A stretch of DNA of 55,721 nt from a virus (lineage: Duplodnaviria; Caudoviricetes). A program made the translations under genes and the position numbers. Location of the stretch: positions 1 to 55,721 of IMG/VR virus record IMGVR_UViG_3300017730_000010; one strand, written 5' to 3'. Every line of letters begins with the position of its first letter. Position 1 is the stretch's first letter. Below are positions 45,744 through 55,692 of the stretch, piece by piece. Under the pieces are notes generated by a model, which made no database searches, was not told where the DNA came from, and saw only the letters and a list, made by a program, of their open reading frames with translations.

Positions 45744-48208
45744 GTAGCTGCGTAACAAAACATATAGATGAATTTTGTGATAAATTTTTGTCACTAAATG
45801 TTAGCTTTGGTCCTGAGAGTGAATTTGTTGTAGAAGCAGAAACTTTAGGTAATGGGACTATACCAATAGAATCTGAAGTTTTTCAAAAATATTTACCAGG
45901 CACAGCAAAATTCCAATTACTTGAAGAAACTTTTAAAAAATCTTCTGGAGGGTTATCTACAAACTCTAAATTTTACGACCCTGTAGCTAAGTCTTTTAAG
46001 ACAGACACAATTGCTGCAGGTTTTGGGGGAGATTTTAATCTTGGAATGGAATACTTTACAGTTCAGGGCATACCAACACATTATGGATCTCCTAGAAATC
46101 TTACGGTATCACGATACAACTATATGAGAAATATTTGGCCATTACTTGATAGAAAAAAAAATGGATCACTTTATTACATAGGCGTAGACGGTCTTGTTAG
46201 ACAAATGAACTCAAATGATCCTCAACAAAATCAACATGTCCCTGGATATCCAAATCCGTATACTGAATTTGGAGAATGGTATTATACGTTTGGTTCAGTG
46301 ACCCTGAAATTTGGAATAGAAACTTATGATTTTAAAACTGGTGGAAATTTACCCTCAGGAGCTATAGCATATCCTCAAGGCTTTTTTTCTGATTCGGGAA
46401 CTATACAATCAGTAACAAACTCAATGCTATCTGGGTCTGGAGCTATAGCAATTGGCTCTTCATTATTTGGAGGTTATAAGATAATAGAAGCTGGCACAGA
46501 TCTTGGAAAAGTAGGAATTTTAAATGAAGTTGGTATATCTGTACCAGACGAAGCAGAGTCTTCATCAATAACAAAAAGTTATGGAGACTCTTATTCTTCT
46601 GGCGCTCAAGTTGTATCAAGGACGACTGGAAGAGTTCCAGATACAACTGCGGAAGAAATGGGTGAAATAAATGGTGGATTTGAAGAAGTTGGGTATACTA
46701 CACAACAATATCAAGATTCTGATGAAAGACCTGGGAGTTATTATAATTTAAGCGCTTTAAACGTTTTTGGGAGACCAACAGACGGTACAGTAAGTAGTGA
46801 TAGAGACACTTATATCTGGGCAAAAATAAGAGATTTAGGCGTAGTCAGGGAATATGGATTAGCACTGTTAATTCAAACAGGAGGCACTTCCGTTTCAAGT
46901 ACAGAATTTATTGAAAAGACATATGGGCCTGAATGGTTGAAAGATAGTAGGAGTATTTATTATAATGCAGAAGCAGCGATGAATTCGGGGGACGCGCTAG
47001 ATACAGTAAGAAACACGTTGTTACCTCAAGCAAGCGAATCTGTAAATGAAACTCTTTTTTATTCAAAAATTACAAATTATAATCGGTTTTGGAAGGCGGC
47101 GGATCCTGGCGCAAGTCTTTATTGGAGTACTAGTGGGGATTTAAATAGAGACCCTAATGATCCACATATTGACGAATTAGTTGGATTTCAAAATTTTGGA
47201 TCAGCAAATAATCCTACTGGAGAAAAATTCTGGAGGTCACCAAGTGGTGGAAATATTAACCTTGTGGAATTTGATACGCCAATTGAAAATACAGGTTTTT
47301 CAGACATTAAGTTGGCAGAAAATAATGAAATCTTTACTATAGGAGATCTTGTGGGAGAACCTGGAGAAAAACCTCAAACAAGTGGTATAATATTGGTTGA
47401 CTTCGGGCCAATAGTAGAGCCAAGCTTTAGTGGAATGGATGAAGATTTTACTAGGTATGAATCTATAATAGACTTTACTAAATCAAATTTTGATCAAAAT
47501 GAAACAATGTTTGGAGGATTAGCTTCTATTGATACAGTAAATCTTGAAGCGTTAGTTAAAAATTTAATAAATAAATATGGAGAAATATACGATTCTATGT
47601 TAGATCAAAACCCAAGTGATCCTAGTTCTATATACAATTCGGGACCAAACAGTTACGACGTACCTAGAACCGCACTTAGAAGAATAAATAACGAAAACAA
47701 TGGAAAAAAAGGGTATTGGGGTAGTACATTTATAAATAGATCAGGACCAAGGTTATTCGGATGTAGATCGAACCGAGCGAGACATAATAGAAACGATTCT
47801 TTTTCGACGGTTGAGTTTAATATTAATATTTCTCCTGATGGAAGAAATAAATCTATTGGAGGTGGTGATGAAGGGATTGCATTTGATACAGTTAATAGAA
47901 CTTGCGCAAATCAAGTTGACGTAGAATACGTAGAAAAAATAAACTTTACTTTAATAAATCAACTATATGATTTTGAAGCAAACCCTTTTCATTTAAGATT
48001 TTTAGAAGGAGCTTCGATAACCGTGAATAATGGAAAATTAAAAGCTAGCTATACATTTTCACAAAAGCCATATATACCTAATTTTGCAAAAGCAGCTGAA
48101 GGATCAGCTTCAGCAAGAAGATTTATTGGAAACAGGAGTTATTATTCAAACTTACCAGCGTATAGCCTTGGTACACAAAAAGGAGTGCTTCCTGGCTTCA
48201 GATATTAA
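45740..48208 (+). CDS. putative tail tip/baseplate protein
   Basis: position and composition. Confidence 0.45.
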   Translation: MSSCVTKHIDEFCDKFLSLNVSFGPESEFVVEAETLGNGTIPIESEVFQKYLPGTAKFQLLEETFKKSSGGLSTNSKFYDPVAKSFKTDTIAAGFGGDFNLGMEYFTVQGIPTHYGSPRNLTVSRYNYMRNIWPLLDRKKNGSLYYIGVDGLVRQMNSNDPQQNQHVPGYPNPYTEFGEWYYTFGSVTLKFGIETYDFKTGGNLPSGAIAYPQGFFSDSGTIQSVTNSMLSGSGAIAIGSSLFGGYKIIEAGTDLGKVGILNEVGISVPDEAESSSITKSYGDSYSSGAQVVSRTTGRVPDTTAEEMGEINGGFEEVGYTTQQYQDSDERPGSYYNLSALNVFGRPTDGTVSSDRDTYIWAKIRDLGVVREYGLALLIQTGGTSVSSTEFIEKTYGPEWLKDSRSIYYNAEAAMNSGDALDTVRNTLLPQASESVNETLFYSKITNYNRFWKAADPGASLYWSTSGDLNRDPNDPHIDELVGFQNFGSANNPTGEKFWRSPSGGNINLVEFDTPIENTGFSDIKLAENNEIFTIGDLVGEPGEKPQTSGIILVDFGPIVEPSFSGMDEDFTRYESIIDFTKSNFDQNETMFGGLASIDTVNLEALVKNLINKYGEIYDSMLDQNPSDPSSIYNSGPNSYDVPRTALRRINNENNGKKGYWGSTFINRSGPRLFGCRSNRARHNRNDSFSTVEFNINISPDGRNKSIGGGDEGIAFDTVNRTCANQVDVEYVEKINFTLINQLYDFEANPFHLRFLEGASITVNNGKLKASYTFSQKPYIPNFAKAAEGSASARRFIGNRSYYSNLPAYSLGTQKGVLPGFRY

Positions 48209-48211
48209 AAT

Positions 48212-48481
48212 ATGAGATCTAGTGGAAAAGGAGCAGGTTATAATAGTATTATATCAACACAAGATGGAAAGATATCTTTATGGATTAATTCTGAAGGAAT
48301 TACAGCAGAAGGAGTTGATAAAGAAGTTGTGTTTGATATTAATCAAAAAAAAGTTTATGGAATGACTCCAGCAAATGGAGACACATTAACAATAGCACTA
48401 AGAGAAGTTGATTATTGCGACACTGAGGGTAATCAATATAAAATGTTAGTTTTATGCTCAGAGCCATATACGTCAAGTTAA
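48212..48481 (+). CDS. small tail-associated protein
   Basis: LREVDYC...KMLVLCSEPY; position. Confidence 0.5.
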   Translation: MRSSGKGAGYNSIISTQDGKISLWINSEGITAEGVDKEVVFDINQKKVYGMTPANGDTLTIALREVDYCDTEGNQYKMLVLCSEPYTSS

Positions 48482-48492
48482 TAATAATTATT

Positions 48493-50082
48493 ATGGGTAT
48501 TGGACTATGCTGCTGCTCTGACAATCGAGGGGGTAATAAAATATACAAGTATGAAGGCTCTTCCTATCTTAGTAATGCTTCATTGTTTAATCAATTTCCA
48601 GGAAATCAATTAAACCCACTTTTTTCCAACAAATCTTCAACAAATTTTTACGGAGGTTCTACGGGGTCTTTTTCAGAAGATAGTTCTTCAGTGAATTTTA
48701 GATATGGTTACAAAATAAAAATAGGAGGAAATTATCTGGGGCTTGCAGCTGGAGATGCTGGGTTAAAAGTGTATAGAATAAAAAAAGATGGAACGTTAGA
48801 ATACAGTAACCAGTTTAATTTAGTTACAGGAAGGAGCTCTGAAATGTCAGCTGATATTTCAACTTCAATTGGCTTTGGTAATATTGTAACGCCATGTTTT
48901 TTTGGCGATTCGCTTGGATCTAGGTATGGTTACGAGCAAAATTCTTTTAGTGGAGTTTATGGATTAAGCTATGGTTCTTTAGGTGACGGTAGTGTCGGTT
49001 TCTTTGCTGCGTGTGGAATTAGTGGAGTAAAGTTTGTAAGTTTAGAGGATAATAGAATTGTAAATTTAATAGATCAGTCTTCATTTTTAATAAGGGAGGT
49101 TTGTAGTGCTGGAAATTATTTAGCAGTTGGATATGCATCTTATAATAGGCCAAATACAAATTTTTCAACTTTCGATCAGTTAGATTTTTTACCAGAATTT
49201 GGGGGAGCAGGAGCTCCATATATATCTCAGCCATCTGGAGCTGGTAAATGTCAGTTTTATAGTAAAAATGAAAACGGAGGAGTTGATTATGTTGGTGAAA
49301 TTAATTGTGGATCAGTAAACGAAATAAGTAATTATGAACAATATATATATGTAGCCCATGAGTCTGGATTAGATAGGGTTAGTATTGAAGGGCAAGGGGT
49401 TACGTCAGAGCAATTAATATCTGGAAGAAGTGTATTTGCTGTAGATGTTATTAAAGATTATTGGGCAGCTTCAGTAGAGAATGGATATTATATAAACGGC
49501 CAATTTACAAGTATGTCTTTTGAAAAAAACTTGTGTGAAGACATCCCTTCAGGCACTGGACAAGTAAGGGCAAAAATAAATGATAAAAATATATTTGCGA
49601 ATGAATATGTAGACGTAAACCAAACAAGTTTTAATTTACAATCAGAGCCATTTTCAGTAGGTTTTAGTGGAACTAGTAATGATTTAATAATAGGAGCTTT
49701 ACCCACTTCTATAGATATGACATCTTCTTTTGATATAATTGGTTCGTGGCAAGGGGGATTAGTTATCAATAATGAAAATATTTTCGATATTATATCTAAC
49801 AACTGCTCAAACTGGAGGAAATCTGAATCAACATCATTAAGAAATGGCTATGGAAATTTTCAATATACTCTTTCAGCAATAGATATAGCATCAAAAGGTG
49901 ATTATACATACGTTTTAGATTGCCCTCAATACATAGCTAATAGTATGGGGCCTGGATGGTTTACGCCGCTGGCACCTCAAGAAGAAAAACCTAGAGAAGC
50001 TCCAATTGAGTTATATTTAAATTCAGAAAATGGAGTACATGAAGCTGCCGCTGGAATTTTAATATTAAAACATCAAGATTAA
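48493..50082 (+). CDS. putative beta-propeller (LVIVD-like) receptor-binding protein
   Basis: repeats YLGLAAGDAGLKVY, FFAACGISGVKFV, YIYVAHESGL; start re-called at MGIGLCCC. Confidence 0.5.
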   Translation: MGIGLCCCSDNRGGNKIYKYEGSSYLSNASLFNQFPGNQLNPLFSNKSSTNFYGGSTGSFSEDSSSVNFRYGYKIKIGGNYLGLAAGDAGLKVYRIKKDGTLEYSNQFNLVTGRSSEMSADISTSIGFGNIVTPCFFGDSLGSRYGYEQNSFSGVYGLSYGSLGDGSVGFFAACGISGVKFVSLEDNRIVNLIDQSSFLIREVCSAGNYLAVGYASYNRPNTNFSTFDQLDFLPEFGGAGAPYISQPSGAGKCQFYSKNENGGVDYVGEINCGSVNEISNYEQYIYVAHESGLDRVSIEGQGVTSEQLISGRSVFAVDVIKDYWAASVENGYYINGQFTSMSFEKNLCEDIPSGTGQVRAKINDKNIFANEYVDVNQTSFNLQSEPFSVGFSGTSNDLIIGALPTSIDMTSSFDIIGSWQGGLVINNENIFDIISNNCSNWRKSESTSLRNGYGNFQYTLSAIDIASKGDYTYVLDCPQYIANSMGPGWFTPLAPQEEKPREAPIELYLNSENGVHEAAAGILILKHQD

Positions 50083-50120
50083 ATGTTGAAAAAATAAAGT
50101 TAATAGATAATATATTATAT

Positions 50121-50369
50121 ATGGAAAAAGACTTAAATATAATTTTAAATAATTTTTTAGATTCTAATCAACCATTAATAGATTCAGAATTTAAAGAGCA
50201 TATAGAAGCTGTAAGAATAGAGTATTTACAGGAGATAGGCAAGCCAGGATGTACTCCATGTATAGTAAACGCAGCTAAAAGAAAGTTTTCTGAAAGAGTA
50301 AAAAAAATATTCGAAGAAAAACAACAAAAAAATATCGACCCTTTTGAAGATACATCTCCAAGCCCATGA
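50121..50369 (+). CDS. hypothetical protein with GCTPC motif
   Basis: ORF behind promoter-like TTGAAA-N16-TAATAT. Confidence 0.65.
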   Translation: MEKDLNIILNNFLDSNQPLIDSEFKEHIEAVRIEYLQEIGKPGCTPCIVNAAKRKFSERVKKIFEEKQQKNIDPFEDTSPSP

Positions 50370-50725
50370 TTGATTTCACTAAACAGTTTTTAGAATTTTA
50401 TATATGGGGCTTCTTGGCGTCAATGAATTGGATATTCGTTTGGCAAACGACAACGTTAAAAGTTAAATTTTTAAAGGTGTGGCTTTTTATCAGAAGGAAA
50501 AAGAAAAAAGTTTTTACCCCAACTGACTTCGAAGAATATGTATACGAAAATTGGGGTCTGTTTGGAGAATTATTATGCTGTCCTATATGTTTCAGTCATT
50601 GGACTGGAGCTATATTTTATTCTTTGTTGTGCTATTTTTTTAATGCTCCTTTGTGGGCTATACCAATAGCATTTTTTACATATCCTGTTTTAATATACTT
50701 TCTTATCAAGAAGTATATCAACTAA
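50366..50725 (+). CDS. membrane protein, DUF1360-like
   Basis: GELLCCPICFSHW motif, hydrophobic helices. Confidence 0.6.
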   Translation: MIDFTKQFLEFYIWGFLASMNWIFVWQTTTLKVKFLKVWLFIRRKKKKVFTPTDFEEYVYENWGLFGELLCCPICFSHWTGAIFYSLLCYFFNAPLWAIPIAFFTYPVLIYFLIKKYIN

Positions 50726-51584
50726 ATTCTTCTTTCATTATCTTGAGAAGTATTCTAGCCTCTTTAGAAGGTATATCTTTATAAGCTTCCCAAGATTCAA
50801 CTTCTGAACAGATATAAACTTTAGCTTCTTTGAGTTGTTTTAAATAGTCTTTGAAGCAATCAAAGTTGTAACAGTTTATAAGTTCTTTAGCGTTTTTCTC
50901 TAAAGATGATTGAATGTCAAAAGATGGGCTAGAGGAAGTTTGCTGATTTAAGGCGATAGGCTTACCATCAGATGTATCCATTTCATCTGATCCAACTATG
51001 TGTACATTCAGAAAGTTTCTGACAGCTCTGACGAACGCTCTGTTACAAGCGATAGTTTCTAAAAACTTCACAGCAAAACTGCTACAATTATTTATTGTTG
51101 CATTAGCCATGTCTTCATAAATTATAGCCTTACCTCCTGTTTCATAGTTTGGTATAAAAACAATACTGCACCTAACTGCAACATGGTCGTGTTCGCATTT
51201 CACAGTTTCATACGAGACTGAGTCAAACCCTCTTAGTCTAGCAAGCTCTTTAATTCCAGACAATTTAATTAATAGTTGATGATCTCTCAATCCATCAATT
51301 ACTTTTGGTACGGGTTTGTTAAATCTTTCAAAAAAAGCTTTATTAGGAAATAAGTGTTCTTCCTTTACCATAGCTCGCCAATTAATTGAACCACCTTCAT
51401 CGAAGGTATATTGAACATTTGTTAATAATCCGTTTTCATCCCTCTTAAATAGGGATGGTCCATAATTATTATCTATTAATATATCTTCACTCATATTTCC
51501 TCCTTCATTTGATGATTTAACTGTCGTAGAATTTTCGCAAGTAGTTTCTGAAGAAACGTTTTTTTTTGGTCTTCCTCTAGGCAT
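50718..51584 (-). CDS. Rad52/Sak-like ssDNA annealing protein with N-terminal AT-hook
   Basis: ETIACNRAFVRAVRNFLNV...SDEM resembles the Rad52-fold helix; promoter TTGACT-N17-TAATAT 6 nt upstream. Confidence 0.55.
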   Translation of the reverse strand: MPRGRPKKNVSSETTCENSTTVKSSNEGGNMSEDILIDNNYGPSLFKRDENGLLTNVQYTFDEGGSINWRAMVKEEHLFPNKAFFERFNKPVPKVIDGLRDHQLLIKLSGIKELARLRGFDSVSYETVKCEHDHVAVRCSIVFIPNYETGGKAIIYEDMANATINNCSSFAVKFLETIACNRAFVRAVRNFLNVHIVGSDEMDTSDGKPIALNQQTSSSPSFDIQSSLEKNAKELINCYNFDCFKDYLKQLKEAKVYICSEVESWEAYKDIPSKEARILLKIMKEEFS

Positions 51585-51615
51585 GACTATATATTACTAT
51601 AAAAATTTAGATAAG

Positions 51616-52149
51616 TCAAGCTTTTTTAACGTTTTCTATCTGCTTTTTAATTCTAAAGTTAATTATTCTTGTTATTATATTTTTAACAAGCTCTTTCACT
51701 ACTTCAACTTCACCTGGTTCTAGGGGTATTTTAAATGTATCAGAACCATTTCTGGTAATAGAGATTCCAAATGCAGGAACGGTTTGTTTCTTTTCTTCAA
51801 ATTTTTTAGTTTGAGGGTTTAGTGAACTAACTTTAATTTGTTTATCCCAGGGGGAGAATTTTATAGTAGTTTTATTATCTTCAAAGTTATGGAATGTATT
51901 GTATTCATACCTATTTGTTAAGGCATTGATAATTGATCCACACTCAAATTCATTAAATTTTATAGAAAGATTCTTAGATGGATCATTAGAATTACCAGAA
52001 AAGCTTCCTGTTTTACTATCTGCGTTCCAACTAAACTGCTTGATCGCATTAACGAAAAGGCAAGGTTCACCATCTTTTTGAACGCCGTATCTAAAGCTGA
52101 AGGCGCATCCAGCATTTTTTGAGTTTGGTTTATATATTGATGTGCTCAT
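51616..52149 (-). CDS. hypothetical protein, possibly ssDNA-binding (PC4/Whirly-like repeat)
   Basis: two beta-beta-beta-alpha-like halves; in replication module; function speculative. Confidence 0.4.
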   Translation of the reverse strand: MSTSIYKPNSKNAGCAFSFRYGVQKDGEPCLFVNAIKQFSWNADSKTGSFSGNSNDPSKNLSIKFNEFECGSIINALTNRYEYNTFHNFEDNKTTIKFSPWDKQIKVSSLNPQTKKFEEKKQTVPAFGISITRNGSDTFKIPLEPGEVEVVKELVKNIITRIINFRIKKQIENVKKA

Positions 52150-52151
52150 AA

Positions 52152-52541
52152 TTAATCGTAGTCTATTTTAATGTTTTTGCTTTCAAATCCTTTTTCTCTT
52201 AGTTCGGTCATGTGTCTCGCACCCTTTCTTTCTTTTGCATAATTATCATAGTACGTTTTTTTAACTGGGTCTACACCTCCATTCATTGAGGCTCTTTTTT
52301 GAGAAAGTTCTTTTGAGTAGTCTTGCATATCTCCATATGTACCTTTCATATTCCCTGTTTTTTCTATAAAAGCTGTATTAGAGAAAGGGTCAATGTTTGA
52401 TTCGCAGTTTAATTGCGGATTAGTCCATTCCCTTTTCCATTCCACACCGTCTTCGTCAAAGTATACATGCTCTTCGTTCATTGTTTGGACAACTTCTTTA
52501 TATTCTTCTTTTTTTGGATGTTTGTAGATATAAATTGGCAT
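52152..52541 (-). CDS. FmdB-like protein lacking Cys ligands
   Basis: MPIYxY N-terminus; start re-called. Confidence 0.5.
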   Translation of the reverse strand: MPIYIYKHPKKEEYKEVVQTMNEEHVYFDEDGVEWKREWTNPQLNCESNIDPFSNTAFIEKTGNMKGTYGDMQDYSKELSQKRASMNGGVDPVKKTYYDNYAKERKGARHMTELREKGFESKNIKIDYD

Positions 52542-52603
52542 TATTTTATACATATATAATAACCAAATACCTTAAAAAATCAAGAAAAAGTGTATATAAA
52601 GTT

Positions 52604-53812
52604 ATGATGTTTTCATTTATATTGACATTGTGTTCTGCACTAGCTATATCTATAGTTGGTGCATATTTCAGCATAATTGGACTTTCGACAATATTCGTTG
52701 GTTCTAATTTATCTGTCATAATAATGGGTTCATTTCTTGAAATTGGAAAAGTAGTAACAGTACTATGGCTCCATAAGAATTGGAAAAAGAGTGGGATAAT
52801 GCTTAAAACATATTTTATTTTTGCAATAGTAGTTTTAATGGGTATAACAAGTTTAGGTATATTTGGTTTTTTAAGTAAATCACATTTAGAGCACCAAGCT
52901 AAAGCTAATACTGATATAATGTTGATTGAAACAGCTGATAAAAAAATAGAAAAAGAAAACGCATTTATTCTTCAATACGAAAAACAAATTAAAAATTTAG
53001 AATCTAGTATGGAATCGGGATCAAAGGTTTCTACTGTAGAACTCGATAGAGAAGAGTCTAGATTAAAATCGTTAAGGGAAGAATTTAATGAAAATATATC
53101 TTTAGATTTAAAAAGGATAGAGCAAAGTAAAGATAGATTAAAAGTATTAGATAGTGAATTAAATACTCTTAAAGATTCCCCTGGAGGTTTATTTTCGAAT
53201 AAAAAGAAAAAAATTGAGGAATTAATTAATTCTCAAAAAGAAGAAAGAGAAGAAGTTAAATCTAATATAGCTATGTATAACTCTTATATAGAATCATTTA
53301 GGGAAGATTTTGAACAAAAATCTAATTCAATAAATAAAAATATAGATTCACTTAGGGGTTTAAATTCAAATCAAAAAGGTGAAACTTTTAAGAATATTCA
53401 ATCATTAAATGATAGAATAAAACAGTCTATGGAATCTATAGAAGAAGCTCAAATAGAAAAAGCTCAAAGAGGTAAAAACATAAGAGAAATGGAAGCTGAG
53501 ATAGGACCACTTAAATATGTAGCTGAGGCAGTTAAGGATTTTGGTGGTAATGAAATTAGTACGGATACAGCTGTAAGAATGTTAATAATGATAATTATGG
53601 TCGTATTCGATCCTTTAGCTTTGCTTTTAGTAGTAGCCGCTCAAATAACTTTCTTTAGTACAAGAACTAAAGTAAAAAAGGTTGTTACGAAAACTAAGAG
53701 TGAAAGCTTACCTGAAGCGCCTAAAGAGAAAAAAACTATTAAAGATAAAATTAAAAAAGTTTTTTTACCAACCCCGCAAAAAGATTTTAAGGTCTTAATG
53801 GACGACGATTAA
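52604..53812 (+). CDS. membrane protein with long coiled coil
   Basis: three N-terminal TM helices (AYFSIIGL, LEIGK, ITSLGIFGFLSK), C-terminal VFDPLA TM; start re-called. Confidence 0.75.
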   Translation: MMFSFILTLCSALAISIVGAYFSIIGLSTIFVGSNLSVIIMGSFLEIGKVVTVLWLHKNWKKSGIMLKTYFIFAIVVLMGITSLGIFGFLSKSHLEHQAKANTDIMLIETADKKIEKENAFILQYEKQIKNLESSMESGSKVSTVELDREESRLKSLREEFNENISLDLKRIEQSKDRLKVLDSELNTLKDSPGGLFSNKKKKIEELINSQKEEREEVKSNIAMYNSYIESFREDFEQKSNSINKNIDSLRGLNSNQKGETFKNIQSLNDRIKQSMESIEEAQIEKAQRGKNIREMEAEIGPLKYVAEAVKDFGGNEISTDTAVRMLIMIIMVVFDPLALLLVVAAQITFFSTRTKVKKVVTKTKSESLPEAPKEKKTIKDKIKKVFLPTPQKDFKVLMDDD

Positions 53813-54282
53813 AATTCAAAATCGGGGTCAAATTCTGAATAGGAGTCGTCTGAAGTTTCTTTGGGCGACTCTTCTTCTTTTACAGTTTCTTCCTCAACTT
53901 CTTTTTTCTTTGGTCTACCTCTTTTGGGTTTAGATTCAGATTCTTGATCTACTTTGGGGCCAAATTGAACTTTACCACAGTAACCATCTACATTTACTGT
54001 TACGCTATTGCAGGAAATTTCTTCTCCATTGCTGAGAGTTTTCTTATACTGCTTAGGCATAACTTGAGCGTTTGAGATTAAGACTTGAGCTCCTTTCTTG
54101 AGCAACATACACTTTTCGCCTTCTTTACCCCAAACGTCTACATAAAAGAATAATGCATTTTCGTTATGAGGATTATTAACGGCGATTCTGAATTTACAGA
54201 CTTTTGTTTTACCAGCGTCTTTAAGTTCTGGATCTGCAACTAGATTTCCGATGCAGTGGAATTGATTTAAATAAAAAGCCAT
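53809..54282 (-). CDS. ssb: single-stranded DNA-binding protein
   Basis: IGNLVADPEL, FRIAVN, FFYVDVWGK, acidic tail ending in F. Confidence 0.9.
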   Translation of the reverse strand: MAFYLNQFHCIGNLVADPELKDAGKTKVCKFRIAVNNPHNENALFFYVDVWGKEGEKCMLLKKGAQVLISNAQVMPKQYKKTLSNGEEISCNSVTVNVDGYCGKVQFGPKVDQESESKPKRGRPKKKEVEEETVKEEESPKETSDDSYSEFDPDFEF

Positions 54283-54285
54283 AAT

Positions 54286-54861
54286 TTATTTTTCCTTTCT
54301 AATTTTTTTTAAGTATTTATCGTGAACATTAATGCATCCTTGGACGCTTAAATTTATATCTTCCTGGCAACAGACGTCTTTCCAAGGCATAACATTGTTA
54401 TTTTTACCCTCTAAATATCTAAATGCAAAAATTTTATAAACCCTTTGATCTTTTTCTTTTTTTAGCATTTCAATTATTTCTTGTATCATCTCTGTGTTTA
54501 TTGACTCTGTTTTGTCTGGGCAATTTTTTAAAAATTCTTCTGGATAGTTAGATTCTTTTTTCTTTTTTTCTTTATTGTAATCATTTATACATATCCACGT
54601 TACTCTGTTACCTAGGTATGTGCTGAATTTTGCGTTCTTTGTTTCGTCGAAGTCCATAATAGCTTGGTAAATATAATACTCTTTATCTCTGAAGAAGTCA
54701 AGTCTTTTTTCTTTAAATTTTTTAGATATATACCTTGAAGCCATTTTAAAAAAAATACCTGAATGCCTAGAGCATATTTCGCAGAAATTTTCAGCAATGT
54801 TTATTTCAGATTGTATTTCTTTTATTAATTGATTATCAGTTTTGTTTTTCGAGTCTTGCAT
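54286..54861 (-). CDS. sigma70-family RNA polymerase sigma factor
   Basis: YQAIMDFDETKNAKFSTYL region 2; IFAFRY...PW region 4-like. Confidence 0.8.
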   Translation of the reverse strand: MQDSKNKTDNQLIKEIQSEINIAENFCEICSRHSGIFFKMASRYISKKFKEKRLDFFRDKEYYIYQAIMDFDETKNAKFSTYLGNRVTWICINDYNKEKKKKESNYPEEFLKNCPDKTESINTEMIQEIIEMLKKEKDQRVYKIFAFRYLEGKNNNVMPWKDVCCQEDINLSVQGCINVHDKYLKKIRKEK

Positions 54862-55393
54862 TTATAAATGATCTTACTTGGGTTTCGCCATTTTTAATAT
54901 CTTGGTTATCAAAATTATCCCAAACGACAATATAGTCAGCATTCTTTTTTAGAAAAGGGAGGTTGTTTCTTTCGTCTTCGTTTGCTGGGTTGTTTCCTAA
55001 TCTTTGAATAAAAATATTAATAGAGTCTTTAAAATTTTCTTTTATCCATTCCTGCTCATTGGGGTATCTTACATCGGTAATAATTGATATTATATTTGAT
55101 TCTTGTTCTTTTTCAACTTTGTTTGATATTTTTTTTATCCAAAAATTTTTATCAATAGACCTAGCTAATGTTCCGTATGATACCATCAATGGTCTTACAG
55201 TTTCTTTCTCTTTATCAGAGTAAGAATCTACATCGATATTAAATTTCTCTAGCAGTAGTGGTCTTATATCTTTTTTAAGTTCATCGGCAAAAGCTGACCT
55301 CTCAATATTTGCACTCTCGCTTAAAATTTCTTTAAATAAAAGATAGAAAGAATCTTTTCCTGATCTTGCGGCTCCTGATATTCCTATTAACAT
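54836..55393 (-). CDS. deoxynucleoside monophosphate kinase
   Basis: IGISGAARSGKD, FADELK, IITDVRYPNE. Confidence 0.88.
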   Translation of the reverse strand: MLIGISGAARSGKDSFYLLFKEILSESANIERSAFADELKKDIRPLLLEKFNIDVDSYSDKEKETVRPLMVSYGTLARSIDKNFWIKKISNKVEKEQESNIISIITDVRYPNEQEWIKENFKDSINIFIQRLGNNPANEDERNNLPFLKKNADYIVVWDNFDNQDIKNGETQVRSFINARLEKQN

Positions 55394-55692
55394 TATGCGT
55401 CTGGTATTATTTTTTTAAATTTTTTAGCTAAAGAATGCTCTCCAATATCAGATAAAACCATAGATGTTGAAAAAACTTTAGAGTGGTCTTCTGAAAAGTT
55501 TATACAATAATTTGTCGTATCTACGACAATTATAGCAGGTGAGAGCTTAAGACTCTTTCCATATTCTTTAAATAATTCTGATAAAGCTTTTGAGACCGCC
55601 TTATCGAATGAGGTTGATATCACACAAGCTTCCCAATCGGCAGAGGTTACAAAATACGTATTTGATATATCGTCTTCTTTAATTCTTAACAT
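55393..55692 (-). CDS. hypothetical protein (99 aa)
   Basis: TAATG coupling to kinase; TGaTATAAT upstream. Confidence 0.7.
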   Translation of the reverse strand: MLRIKEDDISNTYFVTSADWEACVISTSFDKAVSKALSELFKEYGKSLKLSPAIIVVDTTNYCINFSEDHSKVFSTSMVLSDIGEHSLAKKFKKIIPDA

